From: Clostridia bacterium
GTDB taxonomy: Bacteria; Bacillota; Clostridia; Oscillospirales; CAG-272
DNA: 64,000 bases
NCBI GenBank assembly: GCA_017462035.1
Contig: JAFTRY010000013.1
Span: 425 to 64,424, forward strand
Direction: 5' to 3'
The notes under the pieces are model-generated. The model saw nothing but the letters and a program-made list of their open reading frames with translations, made no database searches and had not been told where the DNA came from. A program made the position numbers and the translations under genes. This document shows, piece after piece, positions 19,159 to 29,538 of this stretch (within the stretch, counting starts at the first letter, position 1; each line of letters opens with the position of its first letter).

Positions 19159-19566
19159 ATGTTAAAGTTAATTATCGGTGTAAAGGGAACCGGAAAAACA
19201 AAGGCGCTCATCAATTTGGTAAATACCGCTGTGGATCATTCTCAGGGTGATGTGGTTTGCATCGAGAAGGGTGTAAAGCTTCGTTACGATATAAAGTATC
19301 AGGTAAGACTAATTGATACCAATGAGTATTTCATTACTGACGCACAGTCTCTGTACGGCTTTGTGGCAGGCATCCTGGCAAGTAACCATGATGTGACCGA
19401 TTTGTTTATCGATTCCGCTCTCAAGATCTGCAACAATGACGCCGCGGCATTCGATGTTTTCGTGGAAGAGGTTGCCAAGATTGCCGAGAAGCTGAACCTG
19501 AAGGTGGTTATGACTTCCTCGATTCCTACCGAGGAAGCATCCGAAACCGTTAAGAAGTACATCTGA
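19159..19566 (+). CDS. Minimal P-loop NTPase-like protein (135 aa), function unknown
   Basis: Walker A GVKGTGKT and Walker-B-like DLFIDS. Good RBS GGAGG. Confidence 0.6.
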   Translation: MLKLIIGVKGTGKTKALINLVNTAVDHSQGDVVCIEKGVKLRYDIKYQVRLIDTNEYFITDAQSLYGFVAGILASNHDVTDLFIDSALKICNNDAAAFDVFVEEVAKIAEKLNLKVVMTSSIPTEEASETVKKYI

Positions 19567-19588
19567 CCGAAATAGATAGAAAACGATG

Positions 19589-19625
19589 AAGCCATAGGTA
19601 TTTTATGCCTATGGCTTTACTTTAA
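19589..19625 (+). terminator. Hairpin terminator
   Basis: AAGCCATAGG / CCTATGGCTT stem followed by a T-rich tract. Confidence 0.55.
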
Positions 19626-19643
19626 AATTACAGGAGAACCAAT

Positions 19644-21764
19644 ATGATCTTGATCATTGCCGAAAAGCCAAGTCTTGGCAGAAATATCGCAGCCGGTCTT
19701 GGAAGCTTTCAGCGACGGGACGGATATTTGGAAAACGAAAGCTACGTGATCACGTGGGCGTTCGGACATCTGTTTTCACTGGTGGACATTGAAGCTTACA
19801 ATCCCTTACCCGAGGCACAGGGACGTTGGAGCATGAAGAACCTGCCCTGTTTTCCCGAAACCTTTCGGTTTGAGCTTCGGAAGGGAAAGGATAAACAGAC
19901 CGACGGAGGGGTTCTCAAGCAATTTCGGATCATTGAAGCACTTTGCAACCGAGAGGACGTGGATACTGTGGTCAACGCGGGAGATGCGGACCGAGAGGGC
20001 GAGATCATTGTCCGAACCTGTATTCGGAACGCGCTGAAGCATCCAAAAACGGTGAAACGGCTCTGGTTGCCTGATCAGACACCTCAGACCGTCCGTGCGG
20101 CGTTTTCTGAGATGAAGGAAGACGAGGCGTACGACAATCTTGCCAACGAGGGTTATGCCAGAACCTACATTGACTGGTTGTATGGGGTGAATCTGACCCG
20201 TTACGCTACCTTGAAGTCGGGGAGTCTGATGCGTGTGGGGCGGGTCATCGTTCCCATTGTACGTGCCATTTATGATCGTGATATGGCGATCAAGCATTTT
20301 GTTCCGGAAACATATTATTCCATTGCCAGTAAGGAAAAGACAGGTGACGAGGTGGTGGAGCTGCAAAGCAAGAAGCGCTTTTCCGCCGAGGAGCTGGAAA
20401 AGGCGAAGAAAACCTGTGACGCTTACAACGCTTGTGATGCTATTGTGACATCGGTGAAGCGCAGGAAGGATATTCTGTCTCCCGGTAAGCTCTATTCCTT
20501 GTCTAAGCTCCAAAACGTGTTGGGAAAGAAATATAAAATGTCTATGGCGGAGAGCCTTGCCATCGTGCAAAAGCTGTATGAGGAGGGTTTCTTGACCTAC
20601 CCCAGAACCAACTCCGAGTATTTGGCAACAGCGGAGAAGGGGAAGATCAAGACGATCCTGGAAGCCTGTGCCAAGCTGGGATACCCGGTGGTATTTAAGG
20701 ACAAAAAGACGATCTTTGATGACAGCAAGATCGAATCCCACTCTGCTATTACGCCCACCTATAAGATCCCCGACAAAAGCCGCTTGAGCGAAAAGGAGAT
20801 GCAGGTCTACTCCACAGTGTTCCGTCGGTTTGTGGCGGTGTTCTGCTCGGAGGACTGCGTGGCGGAAAAGGTGGAGATCACGGTAGCCGTGGGAGATCTG
20901 GAGGAATTTGTACTCAAAGGCTTGTCCATTCGGGAAAAGGGTTGGATGAAATACGACGACGCAAATCAGAGGGACAAGCTTCTTCCGGCTCTGCAAAAGG
21001 GAGATCGCGTCAATATCCGCTTTACTCCCGTGGAAAAGGAGACCTCGCCCCCCAAACACTACACGATTGAAACGCTGAACAATTATCTGAAAAATCCCTT
21101 CCGTGAGGAAAAGGCGGCGGTAGACGATTCCATGGGTGCCGACGATGCCGAGGAATACCGCGCAATGTTCGAAGGCATCGAGCTGGGAACCGAGGCGACT
21201 CGAACAGGCATTATTGACAACGCCAGAAACAGCGGATATATTCAGCTGAAAAAGGACGTATATACCATTCTTCCCGGCGGGATCTACCTCATCGAGTCTC
21301 TGGAGCGAATGAATATTCGAATGGATAAGTACAAGACCTCGGAGATGGGAAGAGCACTGAAAAAGGTGTATCGAGGGGAAATGGCGGTGTCGGAGAGCGT
21401 CGACATGGCAAAAACGGAGATCGCGCAGTATTTCACCCCCGATGTTCCGCTTCCCATTGAGGAGGACAGAAACGTGGGATTCTTTGGGGACGTGATTGGT
21501 GTCTGCCCTCTGTGCGGTGCTCCGGTGAAACGATATAAAATGAGCTACGGATGCAGCGGATACAAAAACGGATGCAAGTTCCAGCTGAGTCTGTATATTT
21601 GCGGAAGAGAGATCTCGGTGGCAAATGCCCGTCAGCTATTGGAGACCGGCTCCACTTCCAAGATTAAGGGCTTTATTTCCAAAAAGGGAACCCCCTTTGA
21701 TGCCGTTTTGCGACGGGAGGGGGAGAGATGTGTATTTGTTTTTAATGACGAACGGAATGATTGA
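19644..21764 (+). CDS. topB: DNA topoisomerase III (type IA)
   Basis: Toprim N-terminus MILIIAEKPS, GDADREGE, active-site region FLTYPRTNSEY and C-terminal Cys-rich zinc ribbons. Confidence 0.9.
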   Translation: MILIIAEKPSLGRNIAAGLGSFQRRDGYLENESYVITWAFGHLFSLVDIEAYNPLPEAQGRWSMKNLPCFPETFRFELRKGKDKQTDGGVLKQFRIIEALCNREDVDTVVNAGDADREGEIIVRTCIRNALKHPKTVKRLWLPDQTPQTVRAAFSEMKEDEAYDNLANEGYARTYIDWLYGVNLTRYATLKSGSLMRVGRVIVPIVRAIYDRDMAIKHFVPETYYSIASKEKTGDEVVELQSKKRFSAEELEKAKKTCDAYNACDAIVTSVKRRKDILSPGKLYSLSKLQNVLGKKYKMSMAESLAIVQKLYEEGFLTYPRTNSEYLATAEKGKIKTILEACAKLGYPVVFKDKKTIFDDSKIESHSAITPTYKIPDKSRLSEKEMQVYSTVFRRFVAVFCSEDCVAEKVEITVAVGDLEEFVLKGLSIREKGWMKYDDANQRDKLLPALQKGDRVNIRFTPVEKETSPPKHYTIETLNNYLKNPFREEKAAVDDSMGADDAEEYRAMFEGIELGTEATRTGIIDNARNSGYIQLKKDVYTILPGGIYLIESLERMNIRMDKYKTSEMGRALKKVYRGEMAVSESVDMAKTEIAQYFTPDVPLPIEEDRNVGFFGDVIGVCPLCGAPVKRYKMSYGCSGYKNGCKFQLSLYICGREISVANARQLLETGSTSKIKGFISKKGTPFDAVLRREGERCVFVFNDERND

Positions 21765-21786
21765 AGGCTTTGAAAAGGAGAATGTG

Positions 21787-23493
21787 ATGAAAAAAACAAC
21801 GGTATTGATTTTATCCGCGGTGGTTACGGTACTTTTGGGAGCTTTGGGATATTATATCTTCTTGCCGGCTCTAAACGTGTTCAGCCAGGGCTTTTGGGTG
21901 TTTTTGCTTGCCCTGACGCTGATCTTTGCCGCGGCGTATTTTGCCCTCAGCGCTCCTCAGACCATGAAGAGGCTGTTGGGAGGCGGTATAGCTACGCGTT
22001 CCAAAAAACAGACCCGAGGAGAAATGCCCCGCGGTATCACGGGGAAGATCATTTTGATCATTGCCGCCATTCCCGTAGCGGTACTCCTTGTGGGAAATCT
22101 GATCTCTTCCACCTTCCTAAACGCCACAAAGTATTCCAACATTATTTCGGTGACCGAGGCGGTATTTGAGGAGGATATGCCGGAGAGTGACCTGGTGACC
22201 AATATTCCTCTGATGGATTCGGAATCTGCCAATATCATCGGTAACCGTACCTTGGGGGCTTTGTCCGAGGTGGTTTCTCAGTATCAGGTCAACGGAACCT
22301 ATTCCCAGATCAACTACGGCGGTGTGCCGAGGAAGGTCTCCAATCTGGAATACGTAGATTTCTTTAAGTGGATCAACAACCGTCAAAGCGGAATTCCCGG
22401 CTTTGTTATGGTGGATCCTGTGAACAGCAGCGCGGAGTATATCAAATTCGAAGTACCCATGAAGTACGTGGACAGCGCGTACTTTGGAGACGATCTGAAC
22501 CGAAAACTCCGTTTCTCCTATCCTACCAAGATCTTCGGCTCCTGTATGTTTGAGCTGGATGAGGCAGGAAAGCCTTATTACATCGTCTCTTGTATGGAGC
22601 CCCAGGTTGGTCTGTTTGGCGGTATGGACGTAACGGAGGTCATCATTTTCAATCCTTGCGACGGAACCTCTCAGCTCTATGCTCTGGAGGAGACACCCAG
22701 TTGGATCGATAACGTGTTTACCGGTACCCTGGCATCGGAGAAATACGACTGGTACGGAACGCTAAAAAACGGCTTTTGGAACAGTGTGATCGGCAACAAG
22801 GATTGTAAGGTTACCACGGATGATTACGGCTACATTGTACTGGGCGATGACATTTGGTTCTTTACCGGTGTCACCTCGGTGAGCAGTGACGAAAGCAATA
22901 TTGGTTTTATTATCAGCAACGCCAGAACCGGTGAGTATAAGTTCTATCCCGTTATCGGTGCGGAGGAATACTCCGCTATGGGAGCCGCCCAGGGTGAGGT
23001 GCAGGAAAAGGACTACGTGGCTTCCTTCCCGTCTCTCATTAACGTATCAGGCGAGGCTACCTACATCATGGTTTTGAAGGATGCCAACGGGATCGTGAAG
23101 ATGCACGCTTTGGTCAACGTGGAAAATTACAGCATCGTTGCCACCGGCGTGTCCCAGAGCGATGCCAAGCAGGCGTACGTGGAGCTTCTGCGGCAGGAGG
23201 GAATCATTGAGGCGGAGGATGCTCCTACGGTGCCTGAGGAATCTGTGGCGGAGGTCAAGAACCTATTGGTAAGGGACGTTCAATTTATCACGGTGGAGGG
23301 AAATTCCATCATATATATCAAGGGCTACGACGGAAATCTCTATAAGCAAAAAATCGCTGAGGATGAATCCCTGCTGTTTATTCAGAGCTCGGTCAGCCTG
23401 GATATTCGGTACCACGAAACCGAAACCAACGGAATCCGACAGATCGTATCCTGGAATTATCACGTTTATGAAGAAGGAGAGGGAAAGGGATAA
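21787..23493 (+). CDS. Membrane protein with large extracytoplasmic domain, function unknown
   Basis: Start MKKTTVLIL with AAGGAG upstream. Three to four N-terminal TM helices are followed by about 430 aa of soluble domain. Confidence 0.6.
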   Translation: MKKTTVLILSAVVTVLLGALGYYIFLPALNVFSQGFWVFLLALTLIFAAAYFALSAPQTMKRLLGGGIATRSKKQTRGEMPRGITGKIILIIAAIPVAVLLVGNLISSTFLNATKYSNIISVTEAVFEEDMPESDLVTNIPLMDSESANIIGNRTLGALSEVVSQYQVNGTYSQINYGGVPRKVSNLEYVDFFKWINNRQSGIPGFVMVDPVNSSAEYIKFEVPMKYVDSAYFGDDLNRKLRFSYPTKIFGSCMFELDEAGKPYYIVSCMEPQVGLFGGMDVTEVIIFNPCDGTSQLYALEETPSWIDNVFTGTLASEKYDWYGTLKNGFWNSVIGNKDCKVTTDDYGYIVLGDDIWFFTGVTSVSSDESNIGFIISNARTGEYKFYPVIGAEEYSAMGAAQGEVQEKDYVASFPSLINVSGEATYIMVLKDANGIVKMHALVNVENYSIVATGVSQSDAKQAYVELLRQEGIIEAEDAPTVPEESVAEVKNLLVRDVQFITVEGNSIIYIKGYDGNLYKQKIAEDESLLFIQSSVSLDIRYHETETNGIRQIVSWNYHVYEEGEGKG

Positions 23494-23494
23494 A

Positions 23495-24163
23495 ATGGAT
23501 GTTTGCGAAATTATGAAATTCGTAGATCACACGCTTCTCTCCCAAGCGGCAACCTGGGAGGAGATCCGGGTGGTTTGCGATGACGCAAGGCGGTACGGTA
23601 CGGCATCGGTTTGTATTCCACCCTCCTTTGTGAAACAGGCGGCGGAATATCTGGAGGGAAGTCTTCCCGTTTGTACGGTAATCGGCTTTCCCAACGGATA
23701 CCAAACCACAGAGGTGAAGGGCTTTGAAACCATGGACGCTCTGCAAAACGGAGCTGCTGAGATCGATATGGTAATCCACGTGGGCGCGCTTCGTGCCGGT
23801 CAATATGATAAGGTGTTAGAGGAGATCCGCACCATCAAAAGAATTTGCGGGAGTCATATTCTGAAGGTTATCATTGAGACCTGTCTGCTGAATGAAAGCG
23901 AAAAAATGGAAATGTGTCGGATCGTAGCGGAAGCGGGGGCAGACTTCATTAAGACCTCCACCGGATTTTCCACGGGAGGAGCTACCTCCGAGGATATCCA
24001 ACTGTTTGCTGAGCAGACGAAGGGAACAATCGGGATCAAGGCGGCAGGAGGGATCCGCAGCTTTGAGGATGCGGAAAAATTCCTGTCCCTGGGAGCCACG
24101 AGGCTGGGCACCAGCCGTCTGGTAGCCATTCTGAAAAAGGATCCTTTTACGAAAAATTACTGA
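23495..24163 (+). CDS. deoC: Deoxyribose-phosphate aldolase
   Basis: IDHTLL, VCIPP, the KVIIET motif and FIKTSTGF (Schiff-base Lys). Confidence 0.9.
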   Translation: MDVCEIMKFVDHTLLSQAATWEEIRVVCDDARRYGTASVCIPPSFVKQAAEYLEGSLPVCTVIGFPNGYQTTEVKGFETMDALQNGAAEIDMVIHVGALRAGQYDKVLEEIRTIKRICGSHILKVIIETCLLNESEKMEMCRIVAEAGADFIKTSTGFSTGGATSEDIQLFAEQTKGTIGIKAAGGIRSFEDAEKFLSLGATRLGTSRLVAILKKDPFTKNY

Positions 24164-24201
24164 TCCAACTCATGAACGCCGGAGGGCGGTTATCGGAATA
24201 C

Positions 24202-24245
24202 AAATGAAACGAGGCAGACTCATTTGAGTCTGCCTCGTTTCATTT
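24202..24245. terminator. Bidirectional terminator between deoC and potCD
   Basis: 21-bp near-perfect inverted repeat AAATGAAACGAGGCAGACTCA / TGAGTCTGCCTCGTTTCATTT. Confidence 0.75.
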
Positions 24246-24253
24246 GGGGTGGG

Positions 24254-26296
24254 TTAGCTTGCGGTGCGAAGCTCCTCCCACTTTTTGTTGTAATATTCCT
24301 TGGTAGCCTTATCCAGATCCTTGTAGCAGTTTTGATCGTAGGATGCGGCAAAGTCAAATTCTGAGGGGTAGAGGATCTCGTAGGCTTCCTCACCCATATC
24401 CTCCTTGTAGGTCTCGCTGTTGAATACCAGAGAGTTGGGAGAGGCATAGCAGATATACTCCGCGTTGGCAATTGCCACCTCTTCGCTGAGCATGAAATTG
24501 ATGTAGATCTCCGCAAGCTCCTTATTCTGTGCTCCCTTGGGAATACACATGGCATCCACAAAGAGATTGGTTCGCTCAGGGTAATAGAACTGAAGGTCTA
24601 CGTTCTCCGCCTGATTGTCAACCATGGTCAGGTAGTCGCCGGCGTAGTAGGCGGCAATTGCCGCTTCACCGGATTCCATCATGTTGTATACCTCGTCCAT
24701 GACCAGCTTTTTTAGCAGGGGGCGTTGCTTCTTCAATTCCTCAAGACCCCGATCCCACACGGAAGTATCCGTGGTGTTCACATCCAGTCCAAGCTTATAG
24801 AAAGCCGTTCCAAAGGCATCGCGGGGATTGTTGAACTGAAGAATCTGCTTGGAATATTTCTCGTTCCACATCAGATCCCAATTGCCGGTGTCGGCTTCGT
24901 CTACTACGTTTGCGTTGTAGATGATGCCGACCATGCCATAGGTATAGGGAACCGAATATTTGTTATCGGGATCATAGTAGAGCCCACGAAAGTCCTCGGG
25001 AATACAGGTTTCGTAATTGGGGATGTTGGAGAAATCCAACTCCTCCAGAAGTTCTTCGGAGGCGAGGCGGGCAATCATATAGTCCGAGGGAATAACCACG
25101 TCATAGCTGACAGCACCGGTAGAAAGCTTGGCGTACAGATCCTCGTTGGAGGTGTAGGTCACATAGTTGACACGTACCTTTTTACCCAGTACCTCTTCAC
25201 AGTATCTTTCGAATTCTTGATTGGTGTCCAGTGTACCCTCCGAGCCATCGGAGATGTACTCACCCCAGTTGTAAACATTTAGGGTCAGTGTTTTTTCTCC
25301 GTAAAGACCGATGGCTACGAAGACGGAGATCGCAATGGAACAGGCGCAGATAACGGCGACCAGCTTTAGATAGAAAGAGGGCTTCCGCCTTTTACGCGCC
25401 AGCAGAGAAACGGGCTGTTCCTCCTGGAGCTTACCCTGTCTTCTTCGTTTTTGAGCGCGGAGAATTGCCTCCTGTCTCTTCTTTTCCTCCTTTGCTTTTT
25501 TCGCGCGGATCCTCTCGTCAGAGTTTTTCTCAAGGTTAGATAGGAGAAGCATGACCAGGATGATTACGAAAATAATGGTGGAAAGAGCGTAGATGGTAGG
25601 CTTGACGTTCTTCTTGGTCATGCTGTAGATCAGTACGGGCAGGGTCTGGAAATCTATGCCCGAGGTGAAATAGCTGATAACGAAGTCGTCAAGGGACATG
25701 GTAAACGCCATAGTCAGACCGGTGAGAACACCGGGGAGAATGGCAGGAAGCTGTACCTTAAAGAAGGATTGCATGGGGGTGCACCCCAGATCCAAAGCCG
25801 CCTCTGGCAAGGACTTGTCCATTTGCTTGAATTTCGGAAGAACATTGAGAATCACGTAAGGTAAATTGAAGGTTACGTGAGCGATCAGCATGGTCCAGAA
25901 ATTCAGTTTGGTTTTGAGTCCCAGCATACCTCCCACGAATACGAAGAGGAACATAAGGGAAATGCCCGTAATGATCTCTGGATTCATCATGGGAATATTG
26001 GTGGCTGTCATAAGAGAGCGGCGGAGGTGCTTGTTTCTCATGTGATGAATACCAAAAGCCGCAGCCGTTCCCAAAACCGTCGCGATCAGTGAAGAACTGA
26101 CGGCAAGGATCAGGGAGTTTTTCAGTGCTCCCAGGATCTCACTGTTGCGGAAAAGCTCCAGGTACCACTTAAAGGAGAAACCTGTCATGGTCGAGGTGCT
26201 GGCACCCGCATTAAAGGAGAATACGATCAGAACCGCAATGGGAGCAAAGAGAAACAATAAAATGAGGGCGATGTAGAAGGTAGAGAATTTTTTCAT
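24254..26296 (-). CDS. potCD: Spermidine/putrescine ABC permease PotC fused to the substrate-binding protein PotD
   Basis: The N-terminal ~260 aa are a PotC-type permease (EAALDLGCTP). A lysine/arginine-rich linker and one TM follow, then a PotD-like SBP (NVYNWGEYI...PYTYGMVGIIYN). Confidence 0.85.
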   Translation of the reverse strand: MKKFSTFYIALILLFLFAPIAVLIVFSFNAGASTSTMTGFSFKWYLELFRNSEILGALKNSLILAVSSSLIATVLGTAAAFGIHHMRNKHLRRSLMTATNIPMMNPEIITGISLMFLFVFVGGMLGLKTKLNFWTMLIAHVTFNLPYVILNVLPKFKQMDKSLPEAALDLGCTPMQSFFKVQLPAILPGVLTGLTMAFTMSLDDFVISYFTSGIDFQTLPVLIYSMTKKNVKPTIYALSTIIFVIILVMLLLSNLEKNSDERIRAKKAKEEKKRQEAILRAQKRRRQGKLQEEQPVSLLARKRRKPSFYLKLVAVICACSIAISVFVAIGLYGEKTLTLNVYNWGEYISDGSEGTLDTNQEFERYCEEVLGKKVRVNYVTYTSNEDLYAKLSTGAVSYDVVIPSDYMIARLASEELLEELDFSNIPNYETCIPEDFRGLYYDPDNKYSVPYTYGMVGIIYNANVVDEADTGNWDLMWNEKYSKQILQFNNPRDAFGTAFYKLGLDVNTTDTSVWDRGLEELKKQRPLLKKLVMDEVYNMMESGEAAIAAYYAGDYLTMVDNQAENVDLQFYYPERTNLFVDAMCIPKGAQNKELAEIYINFMLSEEVAIANAEYICYASPNSLVFNSETYKEDMGEEAYEILYPSEFDFAASYDQNCYKDLDKATKEYYNKKWEELRTAS

Positions 26297-27144
26297 GGCA
26301 TCATACCTCCTCCGTCACTGTCGGAATATCGATTGACAATTGCCAATCCCACCAGTAGGATCAGCATGAGGATCAGGGAGAGAGACGCGGTCATATTGTA
26401 ATTGGAGGCGGTATATTGCTGTTCAATTACGTCACCGATCATCAGCATATCGATACCACCCAGCTTTTGGGAGATGTAGAAGGTGCTGATAGAGGGGACT
26501 AAAACCATCGTTACGCCTGAAATAACACCGGAAAGACTCAGCGGAAAGATGACCTTACGCAACACCTGAAAGCCGTTGCAACCAAGGTCTGCCGCCGCCT
26601 CTACCAACCGATAGTCCAGCTTGGTCATGACCGAATAGATGGGGAGGATCATGTAGGGCAGATAGTCATAAACCATACCGATAATCACTGCCGTTTCGGT
26701 TCCCAGGATGTGAATGGGTTCGATACCGAAATTACCAAGGAAGGAATTGATGATACCCGTGTCCTGGATCAGTACCATAATGGCGTAGGTCCGAATAAGA
26801 AAGTTCATCCACATGGGAAGCATCAGAAGAAGGATCAGAGCCCGCTGGGTCTTCGGCTTGCACCGAGAGATAAAATAGGCAATGGGATACCCTAAGAGCA
26901 GACAGATGAGGGTAGCAATAAACGCTAGCTTCAGCGAACGGAAAAAAATCTTTAGATAGGTGGGGGTGAAGAACTCCGTTACATTGGAAAGGGTGAAGCC
27001 GCCGTCTCCATCGGTAAAGGCGTAATACGCGACGAAGATCAAGGGGGCGATGACAAAGAGAACCGACCAAACCACGTGAGGAGCCGCCGCGTAGCGCTGA
27101 AGCAGGGAACGGTTGCTCTTTTTGACTTGCTTTGCTTTGGTCAT
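26293..27144 (-). CDS. potB: Spermidine/putrescine ABC permease PotB
   Basis: BPD permease with [12 protein letters not shown]. Overlaps both neighbouring genes. Confidence 0.88.
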   Translation of the reverse strand: MTKAKQVKKSNRSLLQRYAAAPHVVWSVLFVIAPLIFVAYYAFTDGDGGFTLSNVTEFFTPTYLKIFFRSLKLAFIATLICLLLGYPIAYFISRCKPKTQRALILLLMLPMWMNFLIRTYAIMVLIQDTGIINSFLGNFGIEPIHILGTETAVIIGMVYDYLPYMILPIYSVMTKLDYRLVEAAADLGCNGFQVLRKVIFPLSLSGVISGVTMVLVPSISTFYISQKLGGIDMLMIGDVIEQQYTASNYNMTASLSLILMLILLVGLAIVNRYSDSDGGGMMP

Positions 27145-28262
27145 TCTTCCTCGTCCTCCGTAACATCCGAAAGATGCTCCATTTCTTCGGAGAATGTGGA
27201 GTAGTCACCGAACATATTGGAATATTCGGATTTTTTCATAATGTGAATGGCATCGGGCTCAATATAAACACCGATCTCCGCTTCGGGGGCTACGTAATCC
27301 GTGGTTTGGATCATCCACTTAAAGCCCTTGATGTCCACGATGATCTCGTAATGAACGCCCTTGAAGGTAACGGAGGTTACCTTTCCGGAGAGCATACCCC
27401 TCTCAACGGGTACCACGTCCACGTCCTCAGGACGGATCACCACGTCTACCGCCTCTCCCTGGGCAAAGCCTCCGTCAAGACAGGAGAAAATATGACCGGC
27501 GAAGCGAACGCTAAAGTCCTTTAGCATGACACCGTCTAAGATGTTGGACTCGCCGATAAAATCTGCTACAAACGCGTTGATGGGTTCGTTATATATATCG
27601 GTGGGAGAACCGATCTGCTGAATCTTACCGTTTGCCATGACCACTACCGTATCCGACATAGACAGAGCCTCTTCCTGGTCGTGGGTTACGTAAATAAAAG
27701 TAATGCCGGTTTTGGTTTGAATATTTTTCATTTCTACCTGCATGTCCTTGCGGAGCTTCAGATCCAAGGCACCCAGAGGCTCGTCCAAGAGGAGGACCTG
27801 GGGCTCGTTGATCAGAGCTCTCGCGATGGCAACACGTTGTTGCTGACCGCCGGAAAGCAGATTGACGTTTCGTTTTTCAAAGCCGCGAAGGTTCACCAGC
27901 TCCAACATCTTGGAGACACGGGCGCGAATCTCGTCCTTATTGACCTTTGCCAGCTTTAATCCAAAGGCAATGTTATCATAAACATTGAGATGGGGAAAGA
28001 GGGCATATTTCTGGAACACCGTATTGACCGGACGTTTGTGGGGAGGAACGTCGTTGATCCTCTCACCGTTGAAATATACGTCGCCTACATCGGGGGTCTC
28101 GAATCCGCCGATGATCCGCAACGTGGTGGTTTTACCGCATCCGGAGGGACCCAGGAGGGTGATAAATTCATGGTCGTTGATATAAAGATCAACATTGGAA
28201 AGAATTTGTTCGCCGTCAAATGCCTTACAGATATTTTTCAGCTCTATCAGCTTTTTTTTCAT
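27141..28262 (-). CDS. potA: Spermidine/putrescine ABC ATPase PotA
   Basis: [23 protein letters not shown] and a C-terminal TOBE-like domain. Confidence 0.9.
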   Translation of the reverse strand: MKKKLIELKNICKAFDGEQILSNVDLYINDHEFITLLGPSGCGKTTTLRIIGGFETPDVGDVYFNGERINDVPPHKRPVNTVFQKYALFPHLNVYDNIAFGLKLAKVNKDEIRARVSKMLELVNLRGFEKRNVNLLSGGQQQRVAIARALINEPQVLLLDEPLGALDLKLRKDMQVEMKNIQTKTGITFIYVTHDQEEALSMSDTVVVMANGKIQQIGSPTDIYNEPINAFVADFIGESNILDGVMLKDFSVRFAGHIFSCLDGGFAQGEAVDVVIRPEDVDVVPVERGMLSGKVTSVTFKGVHYEIIVDIKGFKWMIQTTDYVAPEAEIGVYIEPDAIHIMKKSEYSNMFGDYSTFSEEMEHLSDVTEDEEE

Positions 28263-28527
28263 TCCACATAAAAACTCCTTTGAATATGAAATACGGGGAT
28301 AAGGGCAGAATTGTACACGCCTGCTTCGCGTGTATAACGCCGCCCTCATCTGCCGTTGCGAATATTGTAACAGATATTGATTGAAATTGCAATAACTTTT
28401 ATAAAAAAATTTGATAATTCGGCATTTTTTTTCATCAATTGCCGCAAATGGGCATTATTTGGAATTTTTTTCGCTTTTTCTCTGTTTTTCGCGGGCTTTC
28501 TTCCGAAATCGTTGGATTCCTTTGTTT

Positions 28528-29100
28528 TTATGCCTCACCGTCCTCGATAAAAAGTTTTACAAACAGGGAAAGGGAAAAAACGAAGAGGGAAAGGGATGCG
28601 GCGGCGCGGAGCAGTAGGTAGACAGAGAAGCACCACATAAGGAAAACGCATAGAAAGGAGAGGACACGGAGAAGACGGTGGGAGAGGGAGGGCGAGAGCT
28701 TTAGGGAGAGAAAATGAGAGAGAATCCGCCCGCCGTCGAAGGTCTGAATGGGAAGGAGATTGAGCAATCCGAGAAAGAAAGAAGAAAGTATGAAAGCAAG
28801 AATCAGATCTGAGGCGGGAAGAAGAAGGGCGAGGGTGCCGAGGACCAAATTGGTCAGTGGACCCGCGAGACAAAGCAGAATTTCTTGGCGGTAGGAATAG
28901 GTACCGTAATCGGGCGCGAGTCCCGCTCCGAATAGACCTATACTACATTCTCTGAGACGGATATGACAGAGTTTTGCCATGAGAATATGTCCCAGCTCAT
29001 GAAATAGGGCGGCGAGAAATGCCGCAGGAGTGAAAGGGGAGGGATTGAGTATCAGGGTAAGGGCGAGAAGAATCGTGAAAAAACCGATTTTCAGCTTCAC
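28528..29100 (-). CDS. Site-2 protease (M50) family membrane metalloprotease, SpoIVFB-like
   Basis: HELGH plus NLLPIQTFDGG motifs in a polytopic protein. GTG start with GAAAGGAAG upstream. Confidence 0.75.
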   Translation of the reverse strand: MKLKIGFFTILLALTLILNPSPFTPAAFLAALFHELGHILMAKLCHIRLRECSIGLFGAGLAPDYGTYSYRQEILLCLAGPLTNLVLGTLALLLPASDLILAFILSSFFLGLLNLLPIQTFDGGRILSHFLSLKLSPSLSHRLLRVLSFLCVFLMWCFSVYLLLRAAASLSLFVFSLSLFVKLFIEDGEA

Positions 29101-29213
29101 GGCGGCGACTTCCTTTCTTCAACGACGTATTGTAATTTTATGAATAAGGTGACGGAATTATGGCGGTATACTCGGAAACTTGAAAAACCTTCCGACTTTT
29201 TTTAAAAAAGGTA

Positions 29214-29242
29214 TTGACAAATGAGGAAATCAAGTGTATAAT
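29214..29242 (+). promoter_or_regulatory. Consensus promoter of tRNA-Leu
   Basis: TTGACA, 17-nt spacer, TATAAT, ending about 24 nt before the tRNA 5' end. Confidence 0.75.
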
Positions 29243-29265
29243 ATATGAGTCGCCGAAAGCGATAT

Positions 29266-29350
29266 GCGAGAGTGGCGGAACTGGCAGACGCGCACGTTTG
29301 AGGGGCGTGTGGTTCACACCGTACGGGTTCAAGTCCCGTTTCTCGCACCA
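29266..29350 (+). tRNA. tRNA-Leu (anticodon GAG), CCA encoded
   Basis: Hand-folded class II cloverleaf: acceptor GCGAGAG/TTCTCGC, D arm TGGCGGAACTGGCAGACGC, anticodon loop TTGAGGG, long variable arm, T arm ACGGGTTCAAGTCCCGT. Confidence 0.92.
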
Positions 29351-29357
29351 AAAAAGA

Positions 29358-29391
29358 ACAGTCCAAACCTTGGTTTGGGCTGTTTTTTTTG
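29358..29391 (+). terminator. Terminator after tRNA-Leu
   Basis: ACAGTCCAAACC / GGTTTGGGCTGT stem followed by T8. Confidence 0.75.
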
Positions 29392-29538
29392 ATTTTGACT
29401 GAACCGACGCCGAACCCCTTCAATCCGCAAGGATTGGATCGCTTTGCGCTGACGATGCGATACCTCCCAATCCCCAAGAAGACCTGAACAAACGGTTCAG
29501 GTCTTCTTGGCGTTAGCCATAAACTATATCTTTCACAC

